The notes below the pieces were generated by a model. The model was not told where the DNA came from. It saw only the letters and a program-made list of their open reading frames with translations, and searched no databases. Below, one piece after another: positions 25,758 through 37,615 of a DNA stretch of 64,000 bases. Position 1 is the stretch's first letter; the number at the start of each line of letters is the position of its first letter. This DNA comes from Octopus sinensis (Eukaryota), in the NCBI RefSeq assembly GCF_006345805.1, contig NC_043020.1, positions 19,902,001-19,966,000 on the forward strand. Reading direction: 5' to 3'. A program made the position numbers and the translations under genes.

Positions 25758-25894
25758 TGGAAAGTATTTCTCTAGATAGTGTATGTTGTTGCAAATTCCG
25801 CAGATTTCGGTGGAGTAATTTCCTTTGTTGCAGGACGTTAGCTGCATTCTTTCCCTTGTTCTTCATATTGCTGTTCGCCTCGGTTGCTTGATGC
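25758..25894 (-). CDS. DMRT2: DMRT2-class gene, coding exon 2 (137 nt; not in the supplied ORF track)
   Basis: Acceptor ctttattctcttttataag|G, then (R)HQATEANSNMKNKGKNAANVLQQRKLLHRNLRNLQQHTLSREILS, donor A|GTAAGC. Phase 2 in and phase 1 out match exons 1 and 3. QATE after the DM domain is the DMRT2-type continuation. Confidence 0.92.
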
Positions 25895-25982
25895 CTTATA
25901 AAAGAGAATAAAGTTATATATTAGTGTTACATACCTCTTCCTTATTCTTTCCCTCTCTCTTCCTTCTCTTTATATCTCCGTG

Positions 25983-26041
<59 letters not shown>

Positions 26042-26483
26042 GCAGCTAAACCCAGTTTCACCCGGTCCGTTTGAATGATGTGGCTGTGATCGTTTTCGGT
26101 TAGGCATATGTGAATGAAAATTAAGTGTAGACCCGTACATGGTAGCTAGACCTGGTAGAAATAGCAGCCAAATCTCCCTCAAAACACTCGGCTGTCTTAA
26201 TCCGACAATTCTGCCTATTATGTAGTTTTAATGAGAAACTGTAACTAAAGATTAAGATTATTAACCCCACAAAGTACTCTTGCTGAGTAGAACATGCTTC
26301 GCTGAGAAGGTCTAATAAAACAGAAGCATGTCTGTTCCTTTCACTATTTGCCTTTAATAACCCCATCCACTCCACTTTGTGCTGCCCAAATATTTCGGTT
26401 AACAGAGCCGAACATAGTTATCTTCCTTGAACATCCACAGAGGAAATGTCTAGTCATTGCTCCCTTGAACATTGTCCTTCTAG

Positions 26484-26915
26484 AGGAAGCCGCAGTGCAG
26501 TAAGAAGTTTACTTCCCATCCGCACGGTTCGGGGTTCAGTCCCACTGCGTGGCACCTTGGTGGGCGAGTGTCATTTACTATAGTCTCGAGTCAACCAATG
26601 CCTTGTGAGTGCATTTTGAAGACATATATGTATATGTGTGTGTATTTGTGTGTATGTGCATATGTATGTATATGCGTGTTTGTATCTATGTGTGTGTTTT
26701 TATGTTTGTGTTGTGTTTATCCCCACCCCCACCCCCACCGCTTGACATCCAGTATTGGTTCGTTTACGTTTTCGCAACTTAGCGATTCGGCAAAAGAGAA
26801 CTGATAGAATAAGTACAAGACTTAGAATATAAGTACTGGGGTCGATGTGTTCGACTAAACCTTTGAAGGCCGTGCTCCAGCGTGGCCGCTGTTCAGTGAC
26901 TGAAAGAAGTAAAAG
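26484..26915 (+). mobile_element. SINE family A in Dmrt2 intron 1
   Basis: GGTTCAGTCCCACTGCGTGGCACCTTGG head and family A 3' body. Confidence 0.85.
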
Positions 26916-27431
26916 ATATATTACATATAATCGACCAACTGGTAGAATCGTTAGAGCATCGAATACAATGCTTTGCGCTCAGTGTTCAAACCCCGTCGAA
27001 GTTAACTTTCATTCTTCCAGGATCGATTAATAACGTACCCCAGTTCACAAGTATGATCGATTCTTCTCGTTCCTCACAATAGCTGGAACACCCTGGATCA
27101 TAGCGCTGCTCCATCAGAGCTGATCTAGATAAGTTATATCAACAACAACAACAACAACAACTACTACTACTACTACTACTGCCGCCGCCGCCACCACCAC
27201 TATTTGGGAAGTAACTGCTGCAGCTACTGGGATGTCAACAGCTCCGACTCATCACTGACACCTTCAGATTTTATTGCGGCAAGTCTAATTGAATGTTTAA
27301 TTTATCTGTCAAAACTAATCACCCAACACAGAGTACAAGTCACACCTCCTCTCGCTGTCTGGTTCTCTTTCTCTCTCTCTTTCTCTCCTCTCCTCTTTTC
27401 CTCTTTCTCTCTCTCTTTCTCTCCTTACCTC

Positions 27432-27495
<64 letters not shown>

Positions 27496-27704
27496 GCTCG
27501 CAACCCCTCTGCCATCTGTTCATCTTTGACTTTCTGGTTTTTGCTTTTATCTCATACACTATTAAGGCGAAGACGAAACACGCGCGCGCGTCTATATACA
27601 TTTATCGAAAAAAGCCTTTGTTTCGTTTTGTCTTGGTTTTGTTTTCCCCACCAAACTGGCCAAGACTATATTTACTTCCGTTCGCAAAGAGGCTACGTGC
27701 TTCC

Positions 27705-27778
27705 GTCCAGCAGGTCTGATGAGTCGTCTGTTTTGCCAAAAACAATAGTAGACGTGAAACTAATGGTAACTTCCCGAC
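27705..27778 (+). ncRNA. Candidate type I hammerhead ribozyme (antisense to Dmrt2 intron 1)
   Basis: CTGATGA 27716-27722; stem II CGTCTG/TAGACG with inner GTTTT/AAAAC; GAAAC 27756-27760; GTA triplet 27766-27768; stem I AGGT/ACTT. Confidence 0.45.
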
Positions 27779-29417
27779 TGATTACATGCCATAACCAAGA
27801 ACATACGACTGGACTACATAAAATATATAACTGCGCAAAATTTCTTTTAGAGTGACCTTCTTTATGACTTATGGACAACTAACAGAAGAGATTCAGAGAT
27901 GCTCAATATAGAAAACACTTGGTGGCGCTCAAATGATTTGAACTTACACTCCGAAGTCTTTACCGAGGACTAAGTCTGCGGGGTAAAGAGTTACTGTAAG
28001 ATCATCTCCAGATGATGCAAATAAGCAAAATAAACAAATAAACACAATACAAGGGGGGGGAGGCAGGTTGCTCTTTCAAAGTATATAATAACTGTCCAGT
28101 AGGAACCCGGTGCGAGACTGAAGGGGTCATATATGAGGCTACGGTGATACCTAGACCTAATACCCGTAATAACAGTAATGTGACATCGAAAAGCAGATTA
28201 ACCACGTCTCAGTTGCCACGCCCAGAGATAATAACCAAACCGGGACCAGCATCGCAGAGAGAGCGTCACCGAAGATCTCGATACCACCGCCACCGATAAT
28301 GAACAAATCATAGATGCAGATAGAGAGACCAGTACAAACACCACACCTTGAAATAATGACCTGTCCAGAGCCAGCGACTTGGAGGAGGTATCTGTCATTC
28401 CCGGTTCCACCGATGAGATGACTATCCCCGCCCCATATGTTACCAGGAGGTAACATGTTTATAAATATTTATAAATATCTTTATAAATATATTGGTTCGA
28501 CGAGTACTTCGTTCAAGAAACGTTTTCTTAACCACCAGTCATCCTTCAGAGTCCCAGAAAGATGGTTTGTCTGGCAACTTTTAAAAATTGAGGTATTTCT
28601 GAATCGCTATGCTCAGCCTTTATAACCACAATAACAGCATGCTTCTTCATTTCTTGAGTAAGCTGAAGATCTGCCAATATTTTCTGAATAAAAAAAAAAT
28701 GTAGCAATGACTCACAAAGGTCTGTCCTCAAATGCCTTACGCAACCTGTATATGTAAATAGAGAGAAAACAAAGTCATTGTTTTCTCTCTATTTACATGT
28801 AAACATGTATATATATTTTATATATCTAGCCCAAGCGGTTTGTTTATTTATTTGCATCATTATCTCCCCCCTCTCTCTCTCTCTCTCATATATATACACA
28901 CAAACACACACACATACATACATAATACACTCACACGCATATATACCACTGTGATTAAGAATCACACTTCACAGCCATGAAAGTCCGAGTTCGATCCCAT
29001 TTTGCGTCCTGGATGCTTGTTTTTTTTTTACTACTTTCCTTTTGATCTTTCGTTATAAAGGATTACAAGAAAGATTACGATGCTGTGATAATGATGTCCC
29101 GCCATGACAATGATGTCATTTATACATGGAGACTTTGCCGTGCTATGCTCAGTTGAGTAAGAATTACTTAACTGAAATAGCCAATTTGATAAAAACCGGG
29201 GATAAATAACGGGGATAACTAACAAAAATAAATATAGAATAGGAAAACAGAAGAATGACAAACATTTGTTATCAATATGGAAAGAAAACATAGAAGACAA
29301 AAAATATTAGAAATTAAATGCATTATCTCAACAACATTCAGCTTACGTAGTTGACATTCAATAATACAAAACGCTACACGAACACACAAACTATTTAGTT
29401 ATCATATTTTACCAGCA

Positions 29418-29544
29418 CAAAGAAGCTAACGAACCACAATGGTAATAAGGAGTGCCACTTGAGCCGCCATTACTCTCTGTCGTTCTACAACCAACAAGCA
29501 GTTGGCACATTGACAGTTGCGCCAACTACAATATCATTTATGAC
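29418..29544 (-). pseudogene. Diverged partial duplicate of the Dmrt2 DM-domain exon 3' half plus a piece of intron 1
   Basis: 29450-29544 aligns without gaps to 30393-30487 (85/95 identical) and reads [30 protein letters not shown]. 29418-29448 matches intron-1 sequence 30284-30314. The original donor region is deleted in the copy. Confidence 0.9.
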
Positions 29545-30041
29545 TAGAAATACGGATCCCAATTAGAGAATTGTCAATGAGGCCTCTACAAAAGCTGACG
29601 ATTGATATCTTATGCTTTGTGTAGTACGCCAATCCCCACCAAAAAGCATTGAGGGTTTGATGCTTCACCATCAGCCACAATGATATACAAAAAAATCCAT
29701 CATCGTGTACGGCGGGGAAAAGGGCTTCTCTTAGCGGACAGCCCAATTTGAACAATTTGAACAAATCTATCTAATTGGCTTAAAACCTTGTGACTGCTCG
29801 AGATCGCTCTCTGTGGTGTAGTACTGTGTACTCTCGAATACAATTCTGAGAATCAGATATGACCAGAGAAGCTAAAGAAAGGAGACCTGCATGGAAAGAG
29901 CAAGAGTCCCTCCGGGTTATGACCCTGCTATTACGTTCTCCCACGGTAACGCAGATTTCATGACACCGATAGAAACGCTGATAATCTGGATGTCTTCAGA
30001 GTGATAACCTGTGAGTCTTCAGAGACATGAAGGACGAACCT

Positions 30042-30250
30042 AATAATCCTTTCTACTGTAACCATACTGCAGACCTTATATTCTGGGGGAGCAGCTTGTC
30101 GATTATATCGACCCCAGTGCTCAACTGGTACTTAATTTATCAACCCCGAAAGGATGAAAGGCAAAGTCGACCCTGGCGGCGTTTGAACTCAAAACGCGAA
30201 GACGTACGAAATGCCGCTAGGCGTGCTAACGATTCTGCCAGTTCGCCACT
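30042..30250 (-). mobile_element. SINE family B in Dmrt2 intron 1 with 10-bp target-site duplication
   Basis: AAGGACGAAC at 30030-30039 and 30253-30262. Confidence 0.9.
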
Positions 30251-30387
30251 TTAAGGACGAACTTGATAATAATTTGGCTAACTCAAAGAAACCAACGAAC
30301 CACAATGGCAATAACAATGATAACAGCAAACTCATTCTACAAATAATTGGAATATGCAAAAGAAAAACATAAGAAACATGTTTTTAC

Positions 30388-31019
30388 CTTCTGAGAGCTA
30401 CTTGAGCCGCCATTACCCTCTGTCGTTCCACAACCAACAGACAGTTGGCACATTGACAGTCGCGCCATCTACAATATCGTTTGTGACCCTTTAAACATGA
30501 CACAACACCGTGATTTCGGCAACGGGCACATTTTGGTGTCCGCAGTAAACGACGCACCGAGGCAACAGATTGTTGTCTGAAAGTTGGAGTCGACTTCAAA
30601 TGACTTCCATCGATGTGGTGGGCTTCAGTCCTTATAATTGTTGATTTCAGCGGTCCCGGAAGTTTGTTTTGGTTCAAGGATAACGACAACGTCGACGATG
30701 TTGTAGTTAATGTTGTTTTTGGAGATGATGATGTGGCGGTTGATGAGAATACTGCAGACGATGATGATGACGATGATGATGAGGAGGAGGGTGAGGAGGT
30801 GGAGGGTGAGGAGGTGGAGGGTGAGGAGGAAGAGGATAATGATGACAACGTCGACGATGACGATGATGAGGACGACGATGATGCTGAACGCGGAGAAAAA
30901 GACATTAAAGCTGACGGCAGGTGTTTGGCGTTTCTGTACGTGTAAATCGCACTGTCAAGCAGTCTGTTGCTATAGTGACCATTCCTTATAGAGTTATCTG
31001 GTCTACACTCCACCTCCAT
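30388..31019 (-). CDS. DMRT2: DMRT2/Dmrt11E-class transcription factor, coding exon 1 (Ser/Thr-rich N-terminus + DM zinc-binding domain)
   Basis: ATG at 31019 ([10 protein letters not shown]...). DM domain [51 protein letters not shown] at 30542-30388; VVSCLKGHK and [14 protein letters not shown] are the DMRT2/11E-type residues. Phase-2 donor AG|GTAAAA at 30388/30387. The upstream part of the supplied ORF (MCCCC...) is a (TTG)n repeat and polypyrimidine tract. Confidence 0.94.
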
Positions 31020-31032
31020 ATTGGTTCGTTCA

Positions 31033-31080
31033 CTGGAAATAAAGAAAGAAGCAAAAGAATAAAATGAAGGAGAGAAATTT
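31033..31080 (-). promoter_or_regulatory. Strong 3' splice acceptor 13 nt upstream of the Dmrt2 ATG (implies an upstream 5' exon)
   Basis: tttctccttcattttattcttttgcttctttctttatttccag|TGAACGAACCAATATG on the minus strand. Confidence 0.65.
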
Positions 31081-31172
31081 AAGTAACAACAACAACAACA
31101 ATAACAACAACAACAACAACAACAACACATTGTCTAAAGAGTTTCGAAACCGAAGTTAAGCTGTGTAGTGTA

Positions 31173-31990
31173 CGAAGAGGTACTGAAAAGTTCTTGGCTT
31201 CGAGTAAAAGAAAATATGGTGGTGGGGAGTCAGTTAATTATGATTTTATTTAACATATTCCCCTCTCAGATTCACACACTTATTGCAACGCTCCTTCAGT
31301 TTTTCTAAGCCCTGTAAAAGAACTCAGAAGGTTGGGTCTCCATTCAAGAATCTGTAACAGCGATTACTTCCGAATCGGAGTGAAATTCCGTTATTTTGAG
31401 ATGTTTCTTCAGTTGTGGAAAGAGGTGATAGTCAGAGCGGGTCGAGTCAGGAGAGTAAGGTACGTAGTCAACAAATTCGAAGCCAAAGTCGCGTATTTAC
31501 CGTGGAGTTTCATGTGTTGTGTGTGCTGGTGCAATGTCCTGCAAAAACACGACACTACAGCTCAGCTTTCCACGGCGTTTCTACTTTGAAGCTTCACGCA
31601 ATTCGGCCAACAAAGACATGTAGTATTCTGCGTTGATGACGCGACCCTTTCGCAGGAACTTTATGAGAAGTACTCCGTCTTTGTACCAGAACACTGAAGC
31701 CACAATCTGTGACTTCTGGGTCCGAAACTTCTTGGGATGCGGTGAACCGCTGTGACACTACTCCGCTGATTGCTCCTTGGTCTGGGGATCATAATGACCA
31801 AGTCAAGTTTCATCCATCGTGACTAAACGAGCCATAAAAAAAAATAAAATTAGCCCTTCCGTCCAAAATCACCTTTGATGTCGTACTTTGATGCGCTTCT
31901 GATCTGCATTCAGGCATTTTGGCACCCATTTTGCGGAAACTTTCTCGTGTCCGGAATGCTGTGGATGATGTGGCTACCGTATTTGATGGC
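31173..31990 (-). mobile_element. Degenerate mariner transposon just upstream of the Dmrt2 DM exon
   Basis: Terminus TA-CGAAGAGGTACTGAAAAGTTC; QTKEQSAE*CHSGSPHPKKFRTQKSQIVASVFW. Confidence 0.8.
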
Positions 31991-32334
31991 CTTTTTTTTT
32001 TTTACCCCAAAATGGCTTTAAAAACCCCCTGCGTCCAATGCACTCAAAACTCTTGGACGGCAGGGCGTTGCCAATCGCCTACGGTATGTATGTTTACAAA
32101 GCGTGTGCTGCTATCTATTGGTAAACAATTGCCTATGGTATGTTTATATCGAATATGGATGCAATAAATTGCTTATAATTACCGGTAATAATATAAAGGT
32201 AAGTAGAGGAATTAAAACATTATTTTAGTAGTAGTTTATTTTACAAAAGTATAGCCTAGGCTAGGATGCATCCTATGCACTCGTGCGTCTTATAGGCCAT
32301 CAAATACGGTAACTCTTTCAATGGAATTCCTCAG

Positions 32335-32650
32335 AATTTCAGCTGACTTTAGCTGAAATCCAGCGGTCTTCGAGAATCATGACGTGTACAGCATTGGCTT
32401 TCTTCTCTGTGGTCGCGGATGTTGGCCGTCCTGGCCGGGGTTCATCTGTGACCTCGAAATGACCACGCCGAAACCTTGACACCCAGATTTTCATTGCAGA
32501 GTAAGATGGACAACCATCCTTCAAGACTTCCTTCATCTCGCCATGGATTTCCGTCGCTCCTTTGCTTTACAAAAAGACGAATTTCATGACCGTCCGTGAT
32601 TCAATTTCACGAAAAAGCTGCCATCATGCGTTAAATCTTCAAAAAAGAGA
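32335..32650 (-). mobile_element. Mariner transposase N-terminal (HTH) fragment
   Basis: MKEVLKDGCPSYSAMKIWVSRFRRGHFEVTDEPRPGRP...VHVMILEDR. Confidence 0.85.
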
Positions 32651-33464
32651 AAGATATATTGTATTCCATCATCATTGTTTGCATATCTTCTCGTTACTAT
32701 ACCGGTCTCTGCTCTTCAAGTCTGGCTGGTCTCGTATTCCCCACAACTAAGGCATCTTTGTCCTACTCGTTTTTTTACCTCTCGGCATCCTTTCCTTGCA
32801 CTAATCACTATTCCCGACTCTTCTTCCCCAGAACATATGAACTCTAGAAACTTCTTACTCATGTCATACCAGCAGGTTTTGATCTGCAACAGTTTAAACG
32901 GGACATTAACAGTATTACTTTCACGAATTCCAGAAGATCTGCAAGTTCCAGGGCCTCTGTTCCTTTCTTAAGAGTCGGCGCGAAAAAAAAAATTAGTAGT
33001 CACTTCAATTGAAAACATATATACTTTTCATTCATTTTGAGTTTCTGCAGCTTATAAGGCCTAAATGCGATATTGTTATGATGAAGAGTCTTTCAGTCGT
33101 AACCACTCTATCTTCTTGAGAAGATTCTTACATTAAAGTGTCCTTTCTGGGTTTTTTTTTTTTTTGAGACGTTGGATATGATAGCTACCTTTAGGAGACC
33201 GAGTGACCACTGAGGAAATCCCTCGTTTGTTCATATAGATGGTGCGTTGGAAACAACTGCAGTCCTTTCAGAAATGTTTACCAAATTAATGTTTCTCATA
33301 AAAACAAATATAAAATCAATAAGTACCCCCACCGCCTCTTCCTATATTCATCGTAACCGAATCTTCGTTATCGTATCGTTATCACACTCCATCATTACCA
33401 CTACCATCACCACTACTACCATTACTACCACAACCACCAGCACCTCCACCTCGTCCTCCTCATT

Positions 33465-33592
33465 CTTCTTCTTCTTCTTCTTCTTCTTCTTCTTCTTCTT
33501 CTTCTTCTTCTTCTTCTTCTTCTTCTTCTTCTCTTCTTCTTCTTCTTCTTCTTCTTCTTCTTCTTCTTCTTCTTCTTCTTCTTCTTCTTCTT
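33465..33592. repeat. (TTC)n microsatellite
   Basis: Direct reading. Confidence 0.97.
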
Positions 33593-33615
33593 TACATTCT
33601 GTCTATGATACTTAC

Positions 33616-34060
33616 AGATGGATCAGCTCACTTTGGTATACGTCGTCAGGTGTTGAAGCTCCAACGTAAATCAACAGACAATATCAAAGAGACCCTTTCT
33701 ACTGCATTCTGTCTGTTCCTAGGGACCCTGCAAACGGCACAGACCACCTGCATGCAAACAGGTGAGACCTAATTGAGGAATCTTATAAACAACCGTTCCG
33801 GACATTATCTTTCCGACTATTACGAATTTGTAGAACTACGTTATCTAATGGGCCAGTTCCCTTCTTTTTCTATTTGGTTCTAAAGACGCTAAGGTGAGAT
33901 TTGATGGAGATTTGACTGCTATTTCTAACACATCGGGATTAAGTGATGCGAGATATGAAGAGAGGGAGAGAGAGACAGAGACAGAAATAGTTTTCAACTA
34001 ACAATAACCACGCCTCGGATAACCCTCATTGGCTACGGCACCGCCTCTGCGCAAAGCTGA
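33616..34060 (-). promoter_or_regulatory. Candidate Dmrt2 promoter / non-coding first exon
   Basis: Consensus donor CATCT|GTAAGT at 33616/33615; CCAAT box (34032-34028) and GAGGCGG GC-box-like motif (34047-34041) downstream of a long GA/TC tract. Motif evidence only. Confidence 0.25.
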
Positions 34061-34066
34061 CAGAGG

Positions 34067-34102
<36 letters not shown>

Positions 34103-34104
34103 AG

Positions 34105-34144
<40 letters not shown>

Positions 34145-34476
34145 GGCAGACAGACAGAGAGGGTGAGAGAGATTGAGAGACTGAGAAGTGGATGAAATAG
34201 TAAGACTAAGGTAGATGTGATATGTAAAGTAAATTGTTTAGTAAACCAAAGCTTTATCACCATCACTATGACAACCACTTCCGCCGTCACCCCCATCACT
34301 CGAGCATCAACAATAAACAATAAACTACAAAATCAGCAACAGAAGACGTTTAACTGAGATGTGCAAGAGAGGTGAGCCGATATGACAATGGTGTATACGG
34401 CTCCAAAGAATCGAAACCGGGCCGATAACACAGTTGGCCAAAGGCACCCTCACCCACCCACTCGCTTAAGCTCCCG

Positions 34477-34477
<1 letters not shown>

Positions 34478-34556
<79 letters not shown>

Positions 34557-34580
34557 TCTCTCTCTCTCTCTCTCTCTCTG
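34478..34580. repeat. (CTTT)n/(CT)n microsatellite
   Basis: Direct reading. Confidence 0.95.
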
Positions 34581-34816
34581 TGACACGCGTATGCACACAC
34601 GCATAATGGGCAGACATTTGCTTGCACACACACAGACACACACAAACATATGTTCATGTATACATGCTTGCGTGTATAAGTATGTGTGCGTGTGTATGCA
34701 GGTAGATATATGTATATATGTAGGTGTATGTGTATGTGTGTGTATATATACATATATATGTATATATATATAGTATATATATATATATATTATATATATT
34801 ATATATATATATATAG

Positions 34817-34852
<36 letters not shown>

Positions 34853-34945
34853 TATGTATAGGTATGTATATATATACATATATATACATATATACATATA
34901 TATGTATATATATATGTATATGTATATGTATGTATATATATATAG

Positions 34946-34979
<34 letters not shown>

Positions 34980-34989
34980 GTATAATATA

Positions 34990-35152
34990 TATAGTATATA
35001 TATATATATAGATATATATGTCTATATATATATATATGTCTATATATATATATATATAGACACATATATATATACATGCAATATATATATATTATATATA
35101 TATATATGTATATATTACATATATATATATATATATATATACATACTTATAC

Positions 35153-35223
<71 letters not shown>

Positions 35224-35784
35224 CACATGTATATATCAGCGGGAAGGTGAGATGTAAGTAGGTGTTACATCCACTCCCCTCATAGATTGAATCATTTAAT
35301 AATGCTGAAGTGCCCTTCCCCCTTCACCACCTTCCACACACGCACGCACCAATGCTTATATCCTTACAACCTCGCTTCCCCCATCCCCCTCCTCCACTAC
35401 TTCTCCATCTCAGATACCGATCTCTCAACAGCCCAGTTTACACAGCTGGTTCCACTACAACACACCGCCTTTGTCTTACTATTGCTAAGCCGTATTTACT
35501 GATTTATATATATATATGTAAATATAAATTTCCGTTTAAGCGGATATATAAAATGTACGTGTGTTTTTGTAACTTTTGTGTGTTGTGTGTGTGTTTTTTT
35601 TTATGCCTGCGTGTATGCATGTATATATATATATATTATATATATATATATATTTATACAGAGAGATATATATACATACAGAAACATGTATATATATATA
35701 TGTGTATATTATATATATGTATATGTATATGTATGTATATATATATATACATATATACATATATATATATGTATATATAATATG

Positions 35785-35825
<41 letters not shown>

Positions 35826-35886
35826 GTCTATATATATATATATGTCTATATATATATATATATAGACACATATATATATACATGCA

Positions 35887-35922
<36 letters not shown>

Positions 35923-35953
35923 TACATATATATATATATATATATACATACTT

Positions 35954-36038
<85 letters not shown>

Positions 36039-36437
36039 TATACACATGTATATATCAGCGGGAAGGTGAGATGTAAGTAGGTTGTTACATCCCACTCCCC
36101 TCATAGATTGAATCATTTAATAATGCTGAAGTGCCCTTCCCCCTTCACCACCTTCCACACACGCACGCACCAATGCTTATATCCTTAAACCTCGCTTCCC
36201 CCATCCCCCTCCTCCACTACTTCTCCATCTCAGATACCGATCTCTCAACAGCCCAGTTTACACAGCTGGTTCCACTACAACACACCGCCTTTGTCTTACT
36301 ATTGCTAAGCCGTATTTACTGATTTATATATATATATGTAAATATAAATTTCCGTTTAAGCGGATATATAAAATGTACGTGTGTTTTTGTAACTTTTGTG
36401 TGTGTGTGTGTGTTTTTTTTTATGCCTGCGTGTATGC

Positions 36438-36482
<45 letters not shown>

Positions 36483-36520
36483 CAGAGAGATATATATACA
36501 TACAGAAACATGTATATATA

Positions 36521-36610
<90 letters not shown>
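34990..36610. repeat. Two-copy tandem duplication, unit about 819 bp (unique core + (TA)n-rich part)
   Basis: CAGCGGGAAGGTGAGATG... at 35237 and 36056; the unique cores differ essentially by 1-bp indels. Confidence 0.9.
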
Positions 36611-36614
<4 letters not shown>

Positions 36615-36774
36615 GTATACATACATACATATATACATACGACTGAATCCTGATATTTTTATTCAGCAATTTCGTTCTTAAATTCTTGAATTATCAGATC
36701 TCCTGCTGTCAAAGATTTGCTTTTTGTTTTTACATTATTATATTCATGACGTATACACACACATACACACACGT

Positions 36775-36799
36775 GTACATACATACATACATGCATACA

Positions 36800-36831
<32 letters not shown>

Positions 36832-36945
36832 CATACATACATACATACATACATACATACATACATACATACATACATACATACATACACACATACATAC
36901 ATACATACATACATACATACATGCATACATGCATACATACATAGA
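36775..36945. repeat. (ATAC)n microsatellite
   Basis: Direct reading. Confidence 0.96.
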
Positions 36946-37079
36946 CGCGTTCAGAAACATTACCTACATATACACTAATAAGATAAAACACCAGTCAAGT
37001 ACACGGGGTAAATTTAATATTTCTATAAAGCCTGTGAATGGAAGTATAACGAAGGCGTAATCGCGATCTCGTGTGCAGA

Positions 37080-37310
37080 CATTAAGATAAATTCTTCACA
37101 TTAACGGAACCTCTTTAACGTAGCTTTTGCTTCCTCGAAAATTATTTCATACAGCATCAACAAAGCAACTGAATTCTGAAACGTCTATCATTTGGATCAA
37201 GATTTTGTTGTATCTTCTTGGATTTCGTCAAAGCCTTTGACAACGGTGACCATCGCATCTTTTTTTTATACAAGGTCGTGAAGATAATAATTTTAAACAT
37301 GTAGCTCTTT
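37080..37310 (+). mobile_element. CR1/L2-like RT fragment
   Basis: IFLDFVKAFDNGDHRI at about 37215-37260. Confidence 0.5.
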
Positions 37311-37325
37311 GATCTCCTTATAGAC

Positions 37326-37615
37326 CAGCGTTTACCAACCTATTTTACCCCAGGCTCCACTATAACTTTCCAGAAAAATGTACACCCCTCTAATGATTAG
37401 GAAAAAAAACTATATCTTTGACATTTTATCACAATTATTTAATACAAAAAATCTACCAGTAACTCATTAAATACTGAATAAAATTTTAAAAAAAGTCTAT
37501 TATTGACTAAGAAAAGAAAGATGTCCCACTAAAGAAAAAATATTTGGACCCCACAGCCCACCACAATTGTCCCAGGCTCCACCAGTAGGGCGTATGCCCC
37601 AGGTTGGGAATCACG
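37326..37615. mobile_element. hAT-like MITE
   Basis: Imperfect terminal inverted repeats CAGCGTTTACCAACC / GGTTGGGAATCACG. Confidence 0.5.

Noticed and set aside
28150-28460. Thr/Pro-rich retroelement-like remnant and ATGTTACC-AGGA-GGTAACAT hairpin (Helitron end?)
   Set aside because: No CTRR terminus after the hairpin and no identifiable domain.
30613-30945. Asp/Glu-rich ORF on the + strand (and 21820-22429 + ORFs)
   Set aside because: Antisense shadows of the Ser- and Gln-rich Dmrt2 coding sequence.
31020-31130. Poly-Cys N-terminal extension (MCCCCCCCC...) of the DM-exon ORF
   Set aside because: It is a (TTG)n microsatellite and the polypyrimidine tract of an acceptor at 31033; intronic.
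34350-36991. Many long YI/IY/CV/HT-repeat ORFs (also at 12.4-13.6, 39.2-40.2, 42.2-43.8 and 45.3-49.1 kb)
   Set aside because: Translations of (TA)n, (CA)n and (TACA)n microsatellites with no stop in frame.
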